Positions 20,524 through 29,590 of a stretch of 32,000 nt of DNA are shown piece after piece. Each line of letters starts with the position of its first letter. Within the stretch, counting starts at the first letter, position 1. Made by a program: the position numbers and the translations under genes. Under the pieces are notes generated by a model. That model searched no databases and was not told where the DNA came from. It saw only the letters and a program-made list of their open reading frames with translations. The DNA is from Moraxella nasicaprae (GTDB lineage: Bacteria > Pseudomonadota > Gammaproteobacteria > Pseudomonadales > Moraxellaceae). The stretch lies in assembly GCF_025643275.1 (NCBI RefSeq), contig NZ_CP089977.1, positions 300,001 through 332,000 on the forward strand. The letters are read 5' to 3'.

Positions 20524-20736
20524 TTAATAGCTGGTATTATAACCCAAACTTTTACAATACTTGGTATGCTCAAAATACTCACTCATCGCCTGAGCATCGT
20601 TTTTGTTTGGGTATGGGGTTTGGTGCTGGCAATTTTTATCAAATCGCCTAATGCCATTTTGATTAACACTTGGTAAGGATTGACTGGCACACGCAGTCAA
20701 ACACAACGCCATCATTGCCAAATAGACACTTTTCAT
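20524..20736 (-). CDS. small predicted lipoprotein (70 aa, no family recognised)
   Basis: MKSVYLAMMALCLTAC: signal peptide with an L-T-A-C lipobox. There is a strong SD (AGGAG, 7-nt spacer) and an ATG start. The mature part is 54 aa with two further Cys. Confidence 0.6.
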   Translation of the reverse strand: MKSVYLAMMALCLTACASQSLPSVNQNGIRRFDKNCQHQTPYPNKNDAQAMSEYFEHTKYCKSLGYNTSY

Positions 20737-20830
20737 TGTGTTACTCCTAATTGAATTAAAAATGGACTTTGATATTTTACCAAGAATATTATCTTAAACA
20801 CCCTATCAATTGATAAACACAAAAAGAGTA

Positions 20831-21676
20831 TCAACCACCAAACAACTGATAAGCCATCACAAAATGCGGTGTAAATTTTATGCCAAGCCAATCACAAATT
20901 AATATCCCAAAGGCAAAAATAGGCGTTGCCGAAAGCAAACTGTCAATCCTATCTAGCACCCCACCGTGTCCGGGTAAAATCGTGCCAGAGTCCTTAACTC
21001 CTGCTCGTCTCTTTAACATTGATTCAAACAAATCGCCAAGCACACTGACACCAACCACAACTGCCGACAACGCCAAAAACACCAAAAGCGTTGCCATATC
21101 CAGCCCCAAATACAGCCCCACGCCGACCGCCACAAGGCTTGCCGTTGCCACACCACCATAAAGCCCTTCTAGCGATTTGTTGGGCGAGACATTGGGGGCA
21201 AGTTTGGTTTTGCCAAACTTTCGCCCAACAAAATACGCCCCACTATCAGCACACCACACCAGCACAAAGACATACAAAAGCCACCATGCCGACAACTGCC
21301 ACAGGGCATACATGGCGGTAATGGCGGATACCAAAATGATGACTCCCATCGTCCATAGGCGTTTGCCGTACCAGTTTTCTTTGGCAGGATAATCCTTGAC
21401 CCACTTGGCGGCAAGTACCCACACAGGCACCGACAAACCCCACCATACCGCCCACGACTGTGGCACAAAAATACTCACAAGGGTAATGATAAGCACCAAC
21501 GCCACAAACCAATGAGCCTTGTCTCGTCTTTTGGGCATCAGTTTTGTCCATTCGTGTGAGGCAATCAGCACACCCAATGTCAAAAGCGGTAAAAAGAAAA
21601 AAGGCTGACGGCTGACAAACATTGCCGTGCCGACAATGATGACAAGGATAATTGCGGTTTTAATTCGTTGCCACAT
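20831..21676 (-). CDS. cdsA: phosphatidate cytidylyltransferase (CDP-diglyceride synthase)
   Basis: 281-aa polytopic ORF with the C-terminal signature SMLKRRAGVKDSGTILPGHGGVLDRIDS. Confidence 0.93.
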   Translation of the reverse strand: MWQRIKTAIILVIIVGTAMFVSRQPFFFLPLLTLGVLIASHEWTKLMPKRRDKAHWFVALVLIITLVSIFVPQSWAVWWGLSVPVWVLAAKWVKDYPAKENWYGKRLWTMGVIILVSAITAMYALWQLSAWWLLYVFVLVWCADSGAYFVGRKFGKTKLAPNVSPNKSLEGLYGGVATASLVAVGVGLYLGLDMATLLVFLALSAVVVGVSVLGDLFESMLKRRAGVKDSGTILPGHGGVLDRIDSLLSATPIFAFGILICDWLGIKFTPHFVMAYQLFGG

Positions 21677-21727
21677 TTAAGGGGTTCCAGTTTAATTAAA
21701 AATAGTATTAAAAAAATGCTAGATTAT

Positions 21728-22139
21728 TTATTCATACCATTTACGGCAAATATAACATTTTCCGCTTTGATTATCCATTTGACAAATTAAATCGTCCCAA
21801 ACTGCTCTGTCATAATCATCTACCGAAAAATTATCACGATTATCAAGTGCTTTACTATAAGAAACAAAAGTTAATGAGCTATCAAATTCATTAAAATTCA
21901 CATTATCTTTTGCTCAGTTTTCTATATATTGACAATCTATTCTGGTAAAAACGGTATGTTTAACAATAAAAGCATTTTTCTTTATGGCGATTTAAATCAT
22001 CTAAATATTTGGCGTGATAAATTTGATTGGGATTTTTTAAAACATAAACCAAAATTACCACACCTAATATAATAAGCCAAACAAATATTCTAGTTAAAAA
22101 TTTTTAATATTTTTTAAAGATTGATTTCAATATTTTCAA
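21728..22139 (-). pseudogene. decayed ORF for a small N-terminally anchored protein (about 137 codons; 2 in-frame stops plus 1 frameshift)
   Basis: The - strand reads LKILKSIFKKY*KFLTRIFVWLIILGVVILVYVLKNPNQIYHAKYLDDL. After a 1-nt frame change it continues IAIKKNAFIVKHTVFTRIDCQYIEN*AKDNVNFNEFDSS...CQMDNQSGKCYICRKWYE*. The length of 412 nt is not a multiple of 3. The region is very AT-rich. A residual GTG-initiated 57-codon ORF (21728-21901) may still be intact. Confidence 0.4.
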
Positions 22140-22269
22140 TCCTTAATTTCATAAGCAAGGGAGTGCAATCATGGCGATTTTTTGAAGCACCGACCATCAC
22201 AGTGACACAAGTGACTGCTTAGAATTTGACTATACTTAGATGCTTTTAGCAATGATGCCAATCGAAAAG

Positions 22270-23025
22270 TCACTCTCCTTTTGCCACTTGTTCAGAAGTT
22301 TTGCCAAATCTTCGTTCACGACTGGCGAAACTCTCCATCATGCTTTGCAATTCATCAGGCGTAAAATCAGGCCATAAAGTTTTGGTAAAAAACAGCTCAG
22401 CGTAGGCACTTTGCCATAGCAAAAAGTTTGAAATACGATACTCGCCACCTGTACGAATGAGCATATCCACAGCTGGTAAATCAGCCAGCTCAACACAACC
22501 ACCGAGCATATTGGCATCTATCTTATCTGCATTGAGTGTGCCAGCTTGCACCTGCTTTGCCAAAGTCTTAGCTGCCTGAGCAATGTCCCATTGACCACCA
22601 TAACTGATGGCAATCACCAAAGTCATCGCATCAAAATGTGCGGTTCTGTCTTCGGCATCACGCATCAAGTCCGCCAACTCCTCAGACAACAAACTTCTAT
22701 CGCCAATAAAACGCAACCGAATGCGGTATTTGTCCATTCGAGGCATTTGCTCATGAATGCTTTGGGCAAGCAGTCGCATCAATAGTGCCACCTCCTCAGG
22801 TGGTCTTGCCCAATTTTCAGACGAAAAAGCAAATACCGTCAAAACCTGCACACCACAAGCCAAACAATGCTCAACGATAGGGTCAAGTGCATTTTTGCCA
22901 GCAATATGCCCCGCCCCCATTGCCATTTGGTGCTGCTTACCATAGCGATTATTACCATCCATAATGATGGCAATGTGTTTTGGAGCATGGGGCATGGTTG
23001 GCGATGTGATTGGCGAGGTTGTCAT
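22270..23025 (-). CDS. uppS: di-trans,poly-cis-undecaprenyl-diphosphate synthase
   Basis: 251-aa ORF with HIAIIMDGNNRYGK (cis-prenyltransferase P-loop-like motif), FAFSSENWARP and IRTGGEYRISNFLLWQ. Confidence 0.93.
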   Translation of the reverse strand: MTTSPITSPTMPHAPKHIAIIMDGNNRYGKQHQMAMGAGHIAGKNALDPIVEHCLACGVQVLTVFAFSSENWARPPEEVALLMRLLAQSIHEQMPRMDKYRIRLRFIGDRSLLSEELADLMRDAEDRTAHFDAMTLVIAISYGGQWDIAQAAKTLAKQVQAGTLNADKIDANMLGGCVELADLPAVDMLIRTGGEYRISNFLLWQSAYAELFFTKTLWPDFTPDELQSMMESFASRERRFGKTSEQVAKGE

Positions 23026-23056
23026 GATGGTTTATCAAATCTTTTATGGTTTAAAC

Positions 23057-23112
23057 AAAAAAAGGGCTGGTAGATGTTAGTATTTTAATCACGCTAAACA
23101 AACAACCAACCC
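23057..23112 (-). terminator. possible (leaky) terminator after frr
   Basis: On the - strand GGGTTGGT pairs with ACCAGCCC (one G-U pair) and is followed by T7. The loop is long (about 33 nt), so confidence is only moderate. Confidence 0.4.
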
Positions 23113-23129
23113 AAACTGATGATGGTGGA

Positions 23130-23684
23130 TTAAACTTCCATCAACTCATTTTCTTTCTTTTCAAGGCGTGCGTCAATCGCTGCAATGAATTTATCCGTCA
23201 ATTTTTGAATTTCATCAGAAGCACGGCGTTCATCATCTTCTGAAATTTCTTTTTCTTTTAGCAAATCTTTGATGTCGCCAAGCATATCACGACGGATATT
23301 ACGCACAGACACACGGGCAGATTCTGCATCGCCACGAGCGATTTTTTGCATATCACGACGAGTTTCTTCGGTCAATGCTGGCATTGGCACACGAATCACA
23401 TCGGCAGTCATTGGATTTAGACCCAAGTCCGCTTCACGAATCGCCTTATCCACCGCCTGCACCATTGAGCGGTCAAAAGGCTGAACCAGTAGGGTTCGGC
23501 TGTCTTCGACATTGATGCTTGCCACTTGATTTAGTGGTGTGTCAGAACCATAGTAGCTAACCATAACACCAGACAATACACCAGGGTGAGCTCGACCAGT
23601 ACGCAACTTGGCAAATGCACCTTCAAGGGCTTCTAGGGTTTTGTTCATGCGGGCTTCGCCGTCTTTTTTGATGTCGTTAATCAT
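23130..23684 (-). CDS. frr: ribosome recycling factor
   Basis: 184-aa ORF with N-terminus [40 protein letters not shown]. Confidence 0.95.
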   Translation of the reverse strand: MINDIKKDGEARMNKTLEALEGAFAKLRTGRAHPGVLSGVMVSYYGSDTPLNQVASINVEDSRTLLVQPFDRSMVQAVDKAIREADLGLNPMTADVIRVPMPALTEETRRDMQKIARGDAESARVSVRNIRRDMLGDIKDLLKEKEISEDDERRASDEIQKLTDKFIAAIDARLEKKENELMEV

Positions 23685-23726
23685 CTTTTATCCTTTAAAA
23701 TATCTAAATAATAAAACTAATTTTTA

Positions 23727-24452
23727 TCAATGATAAACACGAGTGCCTTCATCTTCGCCCATCACCACATTTAATAAGGCGTTTGGCTTATTCATATCAA
23801 ATACCTGTAATGGTACATTGTGCTCACGGCACAAAGCAATGGCGGTCAAATCCATCACACCCAGTTTCTTTTCTAGCACTTCATCAAAACTTAGGCTATC
23901 AAATTTGACAGCGTCATCATTGGTAGTTGGGTCTTTATCATACACGCCATCAACTTTGGTGGCTTTTAGGATAAGTCCTGCCTCAATCTCGATGCCACGC
24001 AAGCAAGCAGCTGTATCAGTGGTAAAAAATGGATTGCCCGTGCCAGCCACAAAGATACAAACTTCGCCATTATTTAGATGGCGAATGGCATCACGGCTAG
24101 AATAAGACTCAACCACCGTATCGATGGCAATCGCTGACATTAGGCGGGTTTTGATGTTGCGGCGTACCAACGCATCACGCATTGCAAGCCCATTCATGAC
24201 TGTGGCAAGCATGCCCATCTGGTCGCCCGTCACACGCCCAACCAAACCCTCTTGTTGTAACTGACTGCCACGATACAAGTTACCACCACCGACCACGATA
24301 CCAACCTGCACGCCCAAACCACACAGATGAGCGATGGATAAACTCATTTGGTCTAATACAGAGGCATCAATGCCCATGCCTCGACCGCCTGCCAACGCTT
24401 CGCCAGAAAGTTTTAGTAGAATGCGTGAAAATTTTGGATTTTTATCAGACAT
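23727..24452 (-). CDS. pyrH: UMP kinase
   Basis: 241-aa ORF with [20 protein letters not shown] and FTTDTAA motifs. Confidence 0.95.
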   Translation of the reverse strand: MSDKNPKFSRILLKLSGEALAGGRGMGIDASVLDQMSLSIAHLCGLGVQVGIVVGGGNLYRGSQLQQEGLVGRVTGDQMGMLATVMNGLAMRDALVRRNIKTRLMSAIAIDTVVESYSSRDAIRHLNNGEVCIFVAGTGNPFFTTDTAACLRGIEIEAGLILKATKVDGVYDKDPTTNDDAVKFDSLSFDEVLEKKLGVMDLTAIALCREHNVPLQVFDMNKPNALLNVVMGEDEGTRVYH

Positions 24453-24616
24453 ACCGCCCCCAAATCATCATTGATATAAAGCCTTAGATAAATTGTCCTG
24501 ATTGTAGCATATTTGATGGCATTTTGATAGTTTTTCTTGAAATTCATCTTGATTGATGGTGCCATCACTTAACAAGCAAGCCCACCAGTCATCATCATAC
24601 ATCAGTAACGCATTTG

Positions 24617-24646
24617 CAAAAAAACACCCGCACTAAGACGGGTGTT
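24617..24646 (-). terminator. rho-independent terminator after the DUF853 gene
   Basis: AACACCCG (24623-24630) pairs with CGGGTGTT (24639-24646), followed by T7 on the - strand. Confidence 0.75.
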
Positions 24647-24663
24647 ATTGATATGTCAATCAG

Positions 24664-26190
24664 TTATTTAAGCAAATTTTTGATGACACCCATCAAGCCA
24701 CGAGTGATGGCACGGGTTGCTTGTTTGTTAATCTGACTGCCCAAGGCGTCAGCGGCATTATATGCCACGCCTTGCCCTGCTTTTTTGCGACCGCCTGTCA
24801 AACCACCAATAAACCCATCTAAGGCACTTGGCTCACTTTTGGCTTGTGGCTGACTGCTTGCCTGTGTCTGTTGCTGAATGGCAGCTTGCTCAGCTTGTGC
24901 CAAGGCTTCCTGTTCAGCTTTTTGCAACGCTTCAAATGCAGAATAATTATCCACCATGTCTTTATAAACACGGTACAAAACATCGCTTTGATAATGCGAT
25001 TGACGCTCTGCATCGTTAAGCGGTGCTAGCTGTGATGATGGTGGCAAAATGTAAGCTCGCTCTACCACGCTTGGCATGCCTTTATCGTCCAAGAATGATA
25101 CCAAAGCCTCGCCCACGCCCAGCTCGCTAATGGCACTTGCCACATCAAGTTTGTCATTGCTACGGAAAGTCTCTGCCGCAGCCTTGACCGCCTTTTGGTC
25201 TTTTGGCGTGAAGGCTCTTAAAGCGTGCTGAATGCGATTGCCCAACTGACCCAAAATCGCATCTGGCAAATCCAAAGGGTTTTGGGTCACAAAATACACA
25301 CCCACGCCTTTTGAGCGAATCAGACGCACCACCTGTTCGATTTGTTTGGTTAAGGCAGACGGCATGCCATCAAATAATAGGTGTGCCTCATCAAAAAACA
25401 GCACAAATTTTGGCTTATCCAAATCGCCCACTTCTGGGAAAGTCTCAAAAATCTCCGCCAAGAACCACAACAAGAACGCCCCATATAAGCGTGGCGAACG
25501 CATCAATTTATCAGAATTTAGGATATTGATGACCCCTTGCGAGCCAATCGTCTGCACCCAATCCTCCAAATTCAGTGATGGCTCGCCAAAAAAGGTGTCG
25601 CCTCCTTCGCTTTCAAGTTGTAGTAATTGACGCTGAATCGCACCGATACTGGCAGCAGAAACATTGCCATACTGTGTGCGAAATTCTTTGGCATTGTCCG
25701 ACACAAAACTGAGCATACTGCGTAAATCTTTTAAATCCAAGATATGCCAACCACGATCGTCCGCCACTTTAAAGACCAGATTAAGCAGCCCCTCTTGGGT
25801 GTCATTCAAATCCATCAGGCGAGCCAACAGACTGCTACCAAGCTGAGAGATAGTCACACGCACAGGAATGCCTGTTTCGCCATACACGTCCCAAAAACGC
25901 ACAGGAAATCCGCTCAAATAACTATTATCCAGACCAAATTGGCTCATTCTTTCGCCAACCTTACTGCTTGCCTCGCCTGCCTGCACAATGCCTGACAAAT
26001 CACCTTTGACATCTGCCAAAAACACTGGCACGCCTGCCTGACTAAAACTTTCTGCCATTTTTCGCAAACTGATGGTCTTACCCGTACCTGTCGCCCCTGC
26101 AATCAAACCGTGTCGGTTTGCCATTTTGGCGATGATTGCCAAATCTTGCTGACCATCAATACTTTTGGCGATATTAAATGCTGACATCAT
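24664..26190 (-). CDS. DUF853-family (YjgR / HerA-like) P-loop NTPase
   Basis: Walker A GATGTGKT follows ANRHGLIAGATGTGKT, and Walker B is FVLFFDEAHLLF. The C-terminal tail is Q/A-rich and basic. The track start (26235) adds a hydrophobic 15-aa extension. The ATG at 26190/26187 follows AGGA. Confidence 0.8.
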   Translation of the reverse strand: MMSAFNIAKSIDGQQDLAIIAKMANRHGLIAGATGTGKTISLRKMAESFSQAGVPVFLADVKGDLSGIVQAGEASSKVGERMSQFGLDNSYLSGFPVRFWDVYGETGIPVRVTISQLGSSLLARLMDLNDTQEGLLNLVFKVADDRGWHILDLKDLRSMLSFVSDNAKEFRTQYGNVSAASIGAIQRQLLQLESEGGDTFFGEPSLNLEDWVQTIGSQGVINILNSDKLMRSPRLYGAFLLWFLAEIFETFPEVGDLDKPKFVLFFDEAHLLFDGMPSALTKQIEQVVRLIRSKGVGVYFVTQNPLDLPDAILGQLGNRIQHALRAFTPKDQKAVKAAAETFRSNDKLDVASAISELGVGEALVSFLDDKGMPSVVERAYILPPSSQLAPLNDAERQSHYQSDVLYRVYKDMVDNYSAFEALQKAEQEALAQAEQAAIQQQTQASSQPQAKSEPSALDGFIGGLTGGRKKAGQGVAYNAADALGSQINKQATRAITRGLMGVIKNLLK

Positions 26191-26261
26191 TTTTCCTATT
26201 ATGATAAACCAAAAAAGTATGTTTATTATACGCACATTACCAAGCTCTGCCCATGTTATTT

Positions 26262-26290
26262 TTGTAAATTTGGCGAAAATTTGCGATAAT
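26262..26290 (+). promoter_or_regulatory. candidate sigma70 promoter for the DUF2939-like gene
   Basis: TTGTAA (26262-26267), 17-nt spacer, GATAAT (26285-26290), about 38 nt upstream of the ATG at 26328. Confidence 0.4.
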
Positions 26291-26327
26291 ATTTTGGCTA
26301 TTTTTTATGACATGGGAATGATTGATT

Positions 26328-26897
26328 ATGCGTAAATTACTTATTATTGTACTACTGGTACTACTGGCGTTGGTTGGTTATTTTATTGCATCGCCTTACT
26401 TGACACTCAACAACATCAAAAATGCTGCCCAAAATAAAGACATCGATACCATCAGTACCTATGTGGATTTTCCCAGTGTCCGCAGTGGTATCAAAGAACA
26501 GCTAAAATCAGAACTTAGCAAAGACATTGACCTTACCCAAAAAGACACCAATAACTTTGAAACCTTAGGGGCAATGATGGCGATTGGCATGATTGATGGC
26601 TTGGTAGATACCATGATTACCCCTAATAATCTTGGCGTATTACTTGAAGGTAAGGATTTTGCCAAACAACTTAGCCAAGCAAATGACACTTTGGCAAACC
26701 ATGATGACAATCAATCAGCAAGTAATGCTTTGGACAAAGACTGGCAAATCGACACCGCCTATCAATCCACCAATCAGTTTGTGGTGAACATCACCAACCC
26801 AGACAACGGCAAACAAGCCCAAGCCATTTTGCAGCGAGATGGACTGTTTGGCTGGAAAGTGGTCAAGCTCAACCTTCCGCTAGACAATCTAAAATAA
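26328..26897 (+). CDS. membrane-anchored protein, DUF2939-like (function unknown)
   Basis: 189 aa: MRKLLIIVLLVLLALVGYFIASPYLTLNNIKNAAQNKD... It has an N-terminal TM anchor and a soluble domain. The family call is from memory of the DUF2939 N-terminal pattern. The track start at 26322 is a TTG. Confidence 0.6.
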   Translation: MRKLLIIVLLVLLALVGYFIASPYLTLNNIKNAAQNKDIDTISTYVDFPSVRSGIKEQLKSELSKDIDLTQKDTNNFETLGAMMAIGMIDGLVDTMITPNNLGVLLEGKDFAKQLSQANDTLANHDDNQSASNALDKDWQIDTAYQSTNQFVVNITNPDNGKQAQAILQRDGLFGWKVVKLNLPLDNLK

Positions 26898-26904
26898 CCC
26901 AACA

Positions 26905-26935
26905 AAAAACCCCTTGAAATCCAAGGGGTTTTGTC
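26905..26935. terminator. bidirectional terminator between convergent genes
   Basis: AAAACCCCTTG (26906-26916) pairs with CAAGGGGTTTT (26922-26932) across a 5-nt loop. T runs follow on both strands. Confidence 0.8.
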
Positions 26936-26947
26936 TCTTTGTACGCA

Positions 26948-29101
26948 TCATTTGATGCCATATTTTGCCAATAAAGCGTCCAGCTTTGGCTCCCGACCAC
27001 GAAACGCCACATACAGCTGCATTGGTGATTTTGAGCCACCATTCGCCAAAATCGTGTCCTGCAACCGTTTGCCAATCACAGGGTTTAGCACGCCCTCCTC
27101 TTGGAACTTGGCAAAACCATCATTGGCAAGTAATTCTGACCACAGATAGCTATAATAGCCCGCCGCATAACCACCTGAGAAAATATGGCTAAAATAATTG
27201 GGGCGACGCACAAAATCGGGCAAAGGCATGACACCCACCTGCTTGGTTGTATCCAGATAGACTTGGTTGGCGTATCCCTCTTTTGAGCCTGCCACATAAT
27301 CAGTATGAATCTTCATGTCAAATAAGGCAAATTCAAGCTGACGACTTAGATTAAATGCCCCTTGATAATTTTGAGCCGCAATCAATTTATCCAGCAATTC
27401 GCTTGGTAGAGGCTTGCCTGTCTGATAATGCGATGAGATGAGTGGCAGGCTATGCTTATCATAGGTAAAACCTTCCATCAACTGACTTGGTACTTCTACT
27501 GCGTCCCATGGTACACCATTTAGCCCTGTCACACCCTGCACTTCCATCTGAGTTAGCATCAAATGCAAGCCATGTCCAAACTCATGAAATAATGTATTGG
27601 CTTCACTGTGCAGCAGTAGCGATGGCTGACCTTCGGCTGGTTTGCGAAAATTGCACACCAAAGTCGCCACAGGGATTTGGATTGAGCCATCAGCTCGGCG
27701 AATACGATCAACTGCCGTACTCATCCATGCACCGCCTCGCTTATTTTCACGCGTGTACAAATCCAAATAAAACGATGCTGAATGCTTGCCCATTGCATCA
27801 TAAATGTCATAAAAACGCACCGATTCGTCCCAGACATCTGCCTTCGATTGTTTGATGGTAATGCCAAATAATCGTTTGGCAATCTCAAACAAACCTGATA
27901 ACACTTTGGTTTCTGGGAAGTATTCACGCAGTGCTTCTTCGTCAAAATCATACAAGGCATTTTTTTGTTTTTCGCTATAATAAGCGATGTCCCAAGCATT
28001 GATTTTGTCCACATGATAATGCTGTTTGGCAAAGTCAGTCAGCTCTTTGATTTGCTCCTGAGCCTGACTGCGACTGCGATTGGCAAGCCCTATCAAGAAG
28101 TCTAGCACCTGTTTTGGTGAGTCTGCCATCTTGGTTGCCAAGGAATATTCGGCATAATTATTAAATCCAAGCAGCTGTGCCATTTTTAATCTTAATTCTA
28201 AGATTTCTTGCACCACAGGGTTGTTGTTCCACTTGCCAGCATTGACGCCATTTTCAGAGGCACGAGTGGCAGACGCTTCATAAATCTCCTGACGCAAAGC
28301 AGCATCGTCAGCATAAGTAATCACCGCCATATAACTTGGAATATCAAGTCCAATGCGATAGCCCTCTTCGCCCTTATTTTCGGCAGCTTGTTTGGCACTT
28401 GCCAGAGCAGACTCATTTAAACCTTTTAGAGCATCTTTGCTGACAGTCTTGCTCCAACCGTTCGTTGCATCTAGAACATTGTTGCTATAAGTGGTTGATA
28501 ATTCAGATAATTTTGCATTGATTTTTGCCAATTCCTCTTGCTTATCTTTTGGCAAATCAATTCCCGATAAACGGAAATTTAGCAAAATATCATCAATCGC
28601 CTTTTGCTGTGGCACAGAATAACTGGCAAACTCTAAGGATTGTTTAAGCTTGCTTGTGGCATCAAATAATCCTTTGTGCATGCCACGCCAAGTATAAAAA
28701 TCGGTCAATTTGGTGCGTGCATCATTATATGCCTGACGCAAATCGTCATCATTACGCAAAGAGTGCAGATTGCCCACCGCCGCCCAAGCGCGCTCGATTT
28801 TATCGTCCATCAATGCCATGGGTTCATAAAAATTTTGCCAAGTGGGTGCTGATTGGCTGGCGATTTGTTCAATCAACTGCTTGGATTGTTCAAACAAAAA
28901 CTCCATCGCAGGCACGATGTGGCTGGGCTTGATGCGTGAGTATTTTGGCAAGGCAGAAAAATCAAGCAATGGATTGTCCGCCAACGACTCAGGAATGAGC
29001 AATGTGTTATCCGATAAAGTCGCCCAAGAAAAACTTGGCATGCCAATGGTACTCAATGCAGCCACACCCAATGAACCAGATAAAAATTGACGACGCTTCA
29101 T
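26948..29101 (-). CDS. M3-family zinc metallopeptidase (Dcp / oligopeptidase A-like) with a twin-arginine signal peptide
   Basis: HEFGHGLH zinc motif. The N-terminus MKRRQFLSGSLGVAALSTIGMPSFSWA is Tat-like (RRxFL, with an AxA-like SWA site). AAGGAG lies 5 nt before the ATG at 29101. The track ORF start at 29134 is rejected. Confidence 0.88.
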   Translation of the reverse strand: MKRRQFLSGSLGVAALSTIGMPSFSWATLSDNTLLIPESLADNPLLDFSALPKYSRIKPSHIVPAMEFLFEQSKQLIEQIASQSAPTWQNFYEPMALMDDKIERAWAAVGNLHSLRNDDDLRQAYNDARTKLTDFYTWRGMHKGLFDATSKLKQSLEFASYSVPQQKAIDDILLNFRLSGIDLPKDKQEELAKINAKLSELSTTYSNNVLDATNGWSKTVSKDALKGLNESALASAKQAAENKGEEGYRIGLDIPSYMAVITYADDAALRQEIYEASATRASENGVNAGKWNNNPVVQEILELRLKMAQLLGFNNYAEYSLATKMADSPKQVLDFLIGLANRSRSQAQEQIKELTDFAKQHYHVDKINAWDIAYYSEKQKNALYDFDEEALREYFPETKVLSGLFEIAKRLFGITIKQSKADVWDESVRFYDIYDAMGKHSASFYLDLYTRENKRGGAWMSTAVDRIRRADGSIQIPVATLVCNFRKPAEGQPSLLLHSEANTLFHEFGHGLHLMLTQMEVQGVTGLNGVPWDAVEVPSQLMEGFTYDKHSLPLISSHYQTGKPLPSELLDKLIAAQNYQGAFNLSRQLEFALFDMKIHTDYVAGSKEGYANQVYLDTTKQVGVMPLPDFVRRPNYFSHIFSGGYAAGYYSYLWSELLANDGFAKFQEEGVLNPVIGKRLQDTILANGGSKSPMQLYVAFRGREPKLDALLAKYGIK

Positions 29102-29209
29102 AAAAACTCCTTGCGTATTATGATTAAGAAACAATGATTCCGTTTTACTGACATAAGACGATGACAGCGTTTTTATCTTAGCATAGTTTTTGGGCAGCTG
29201 CCAGTTGTT

Positions 29210-29590
29210 TTATGATTGTCGATATTGCTCCAATAAAGCCATCTTGTCATCATCATTGACCGACAAAGCATAAACCCATGCCGTCATACAACCACCATCA
29301 TCACACTCTACCGTAACCAATTGGCGAGTATAGCCATCACCCTCAAAGTCGTCCAATGCCTGCCAATGCTCCGATAAATGTGGTGATGAAAACAAAAATC
29401 CCTCAATCCATGCACCAGCATCGTCAAGAATGACCGCAGGATAACCCTGAGTCGCTCCCCAGCCCATCGGAATTAAAGTACCACGAATACGCCCAGCGGT
29501 AAATTGACCGCCAATGTTGGTTAACCAATGGCTGTTGCTGCGATTTGGGGCAAGCGTGCCATATACAAAAAGATGATGAATGTCAGACAT
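29210..29590 (-). CDS. gamma-glutamylcyclotransferase (AIG2/GGACT-like) family protein
   Basis: 126-aa ORF. The N-terminal LFVYGTLAP is the family hallmark (YGTL). AAGGAA SD. Confidence 0.7.
   Translation of the reverse strand: MSDIHHLFVYGTLAPNRSNSHWLTNIGGQFTAGRIRGTLIPMGWGATQGYPAVILDDAGAWIEGFLFSSPHLSEHWQALDDFEGDGYTRQLVTVECDDGGCMTAWVYALSVNDDDKMALLEQYRQS

Noticed and set aside
21091-21551. Several 71-101-aa ORFs in alternate frames within cdsA
   Set aside because: They are shadow ORFs of a GC-richer membrane-protein gene. The Cys/Gly/Arg-rich translations are implausible as proteins.
24664-26190. HerA-like NTPase as the core of an anti-phage defence system
   Set aside because: There is no adjacent SIR2, nuclease, DUF4297 or other effector gene and no mobile-element context. 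The gene is flanked by its own terminator and housekeeping genes. DUF853/YjgR-type proteins are widespread stand-alone genes.
26191-26235. 15-aa hydrophobic N-terminal extension (MRIINILFWFIIIGK) of the DUF853 ORF
   Set aside because: DUF853 proteins, as I know them, begin shortly before the ...ANRHGLI.GATGTGKT segment. The AGGA SD sits directly before the internal ATG pair at 26190/26187.
29102-29134. 11-aa extension (MFLNHNTQGVF) of the M3 peptidase ORF
   Set aside because: AAGGAG lies 5 nt before the internal ATG, and a Tat motif needs to be near the N-terminus. The extension contains the SD itself.
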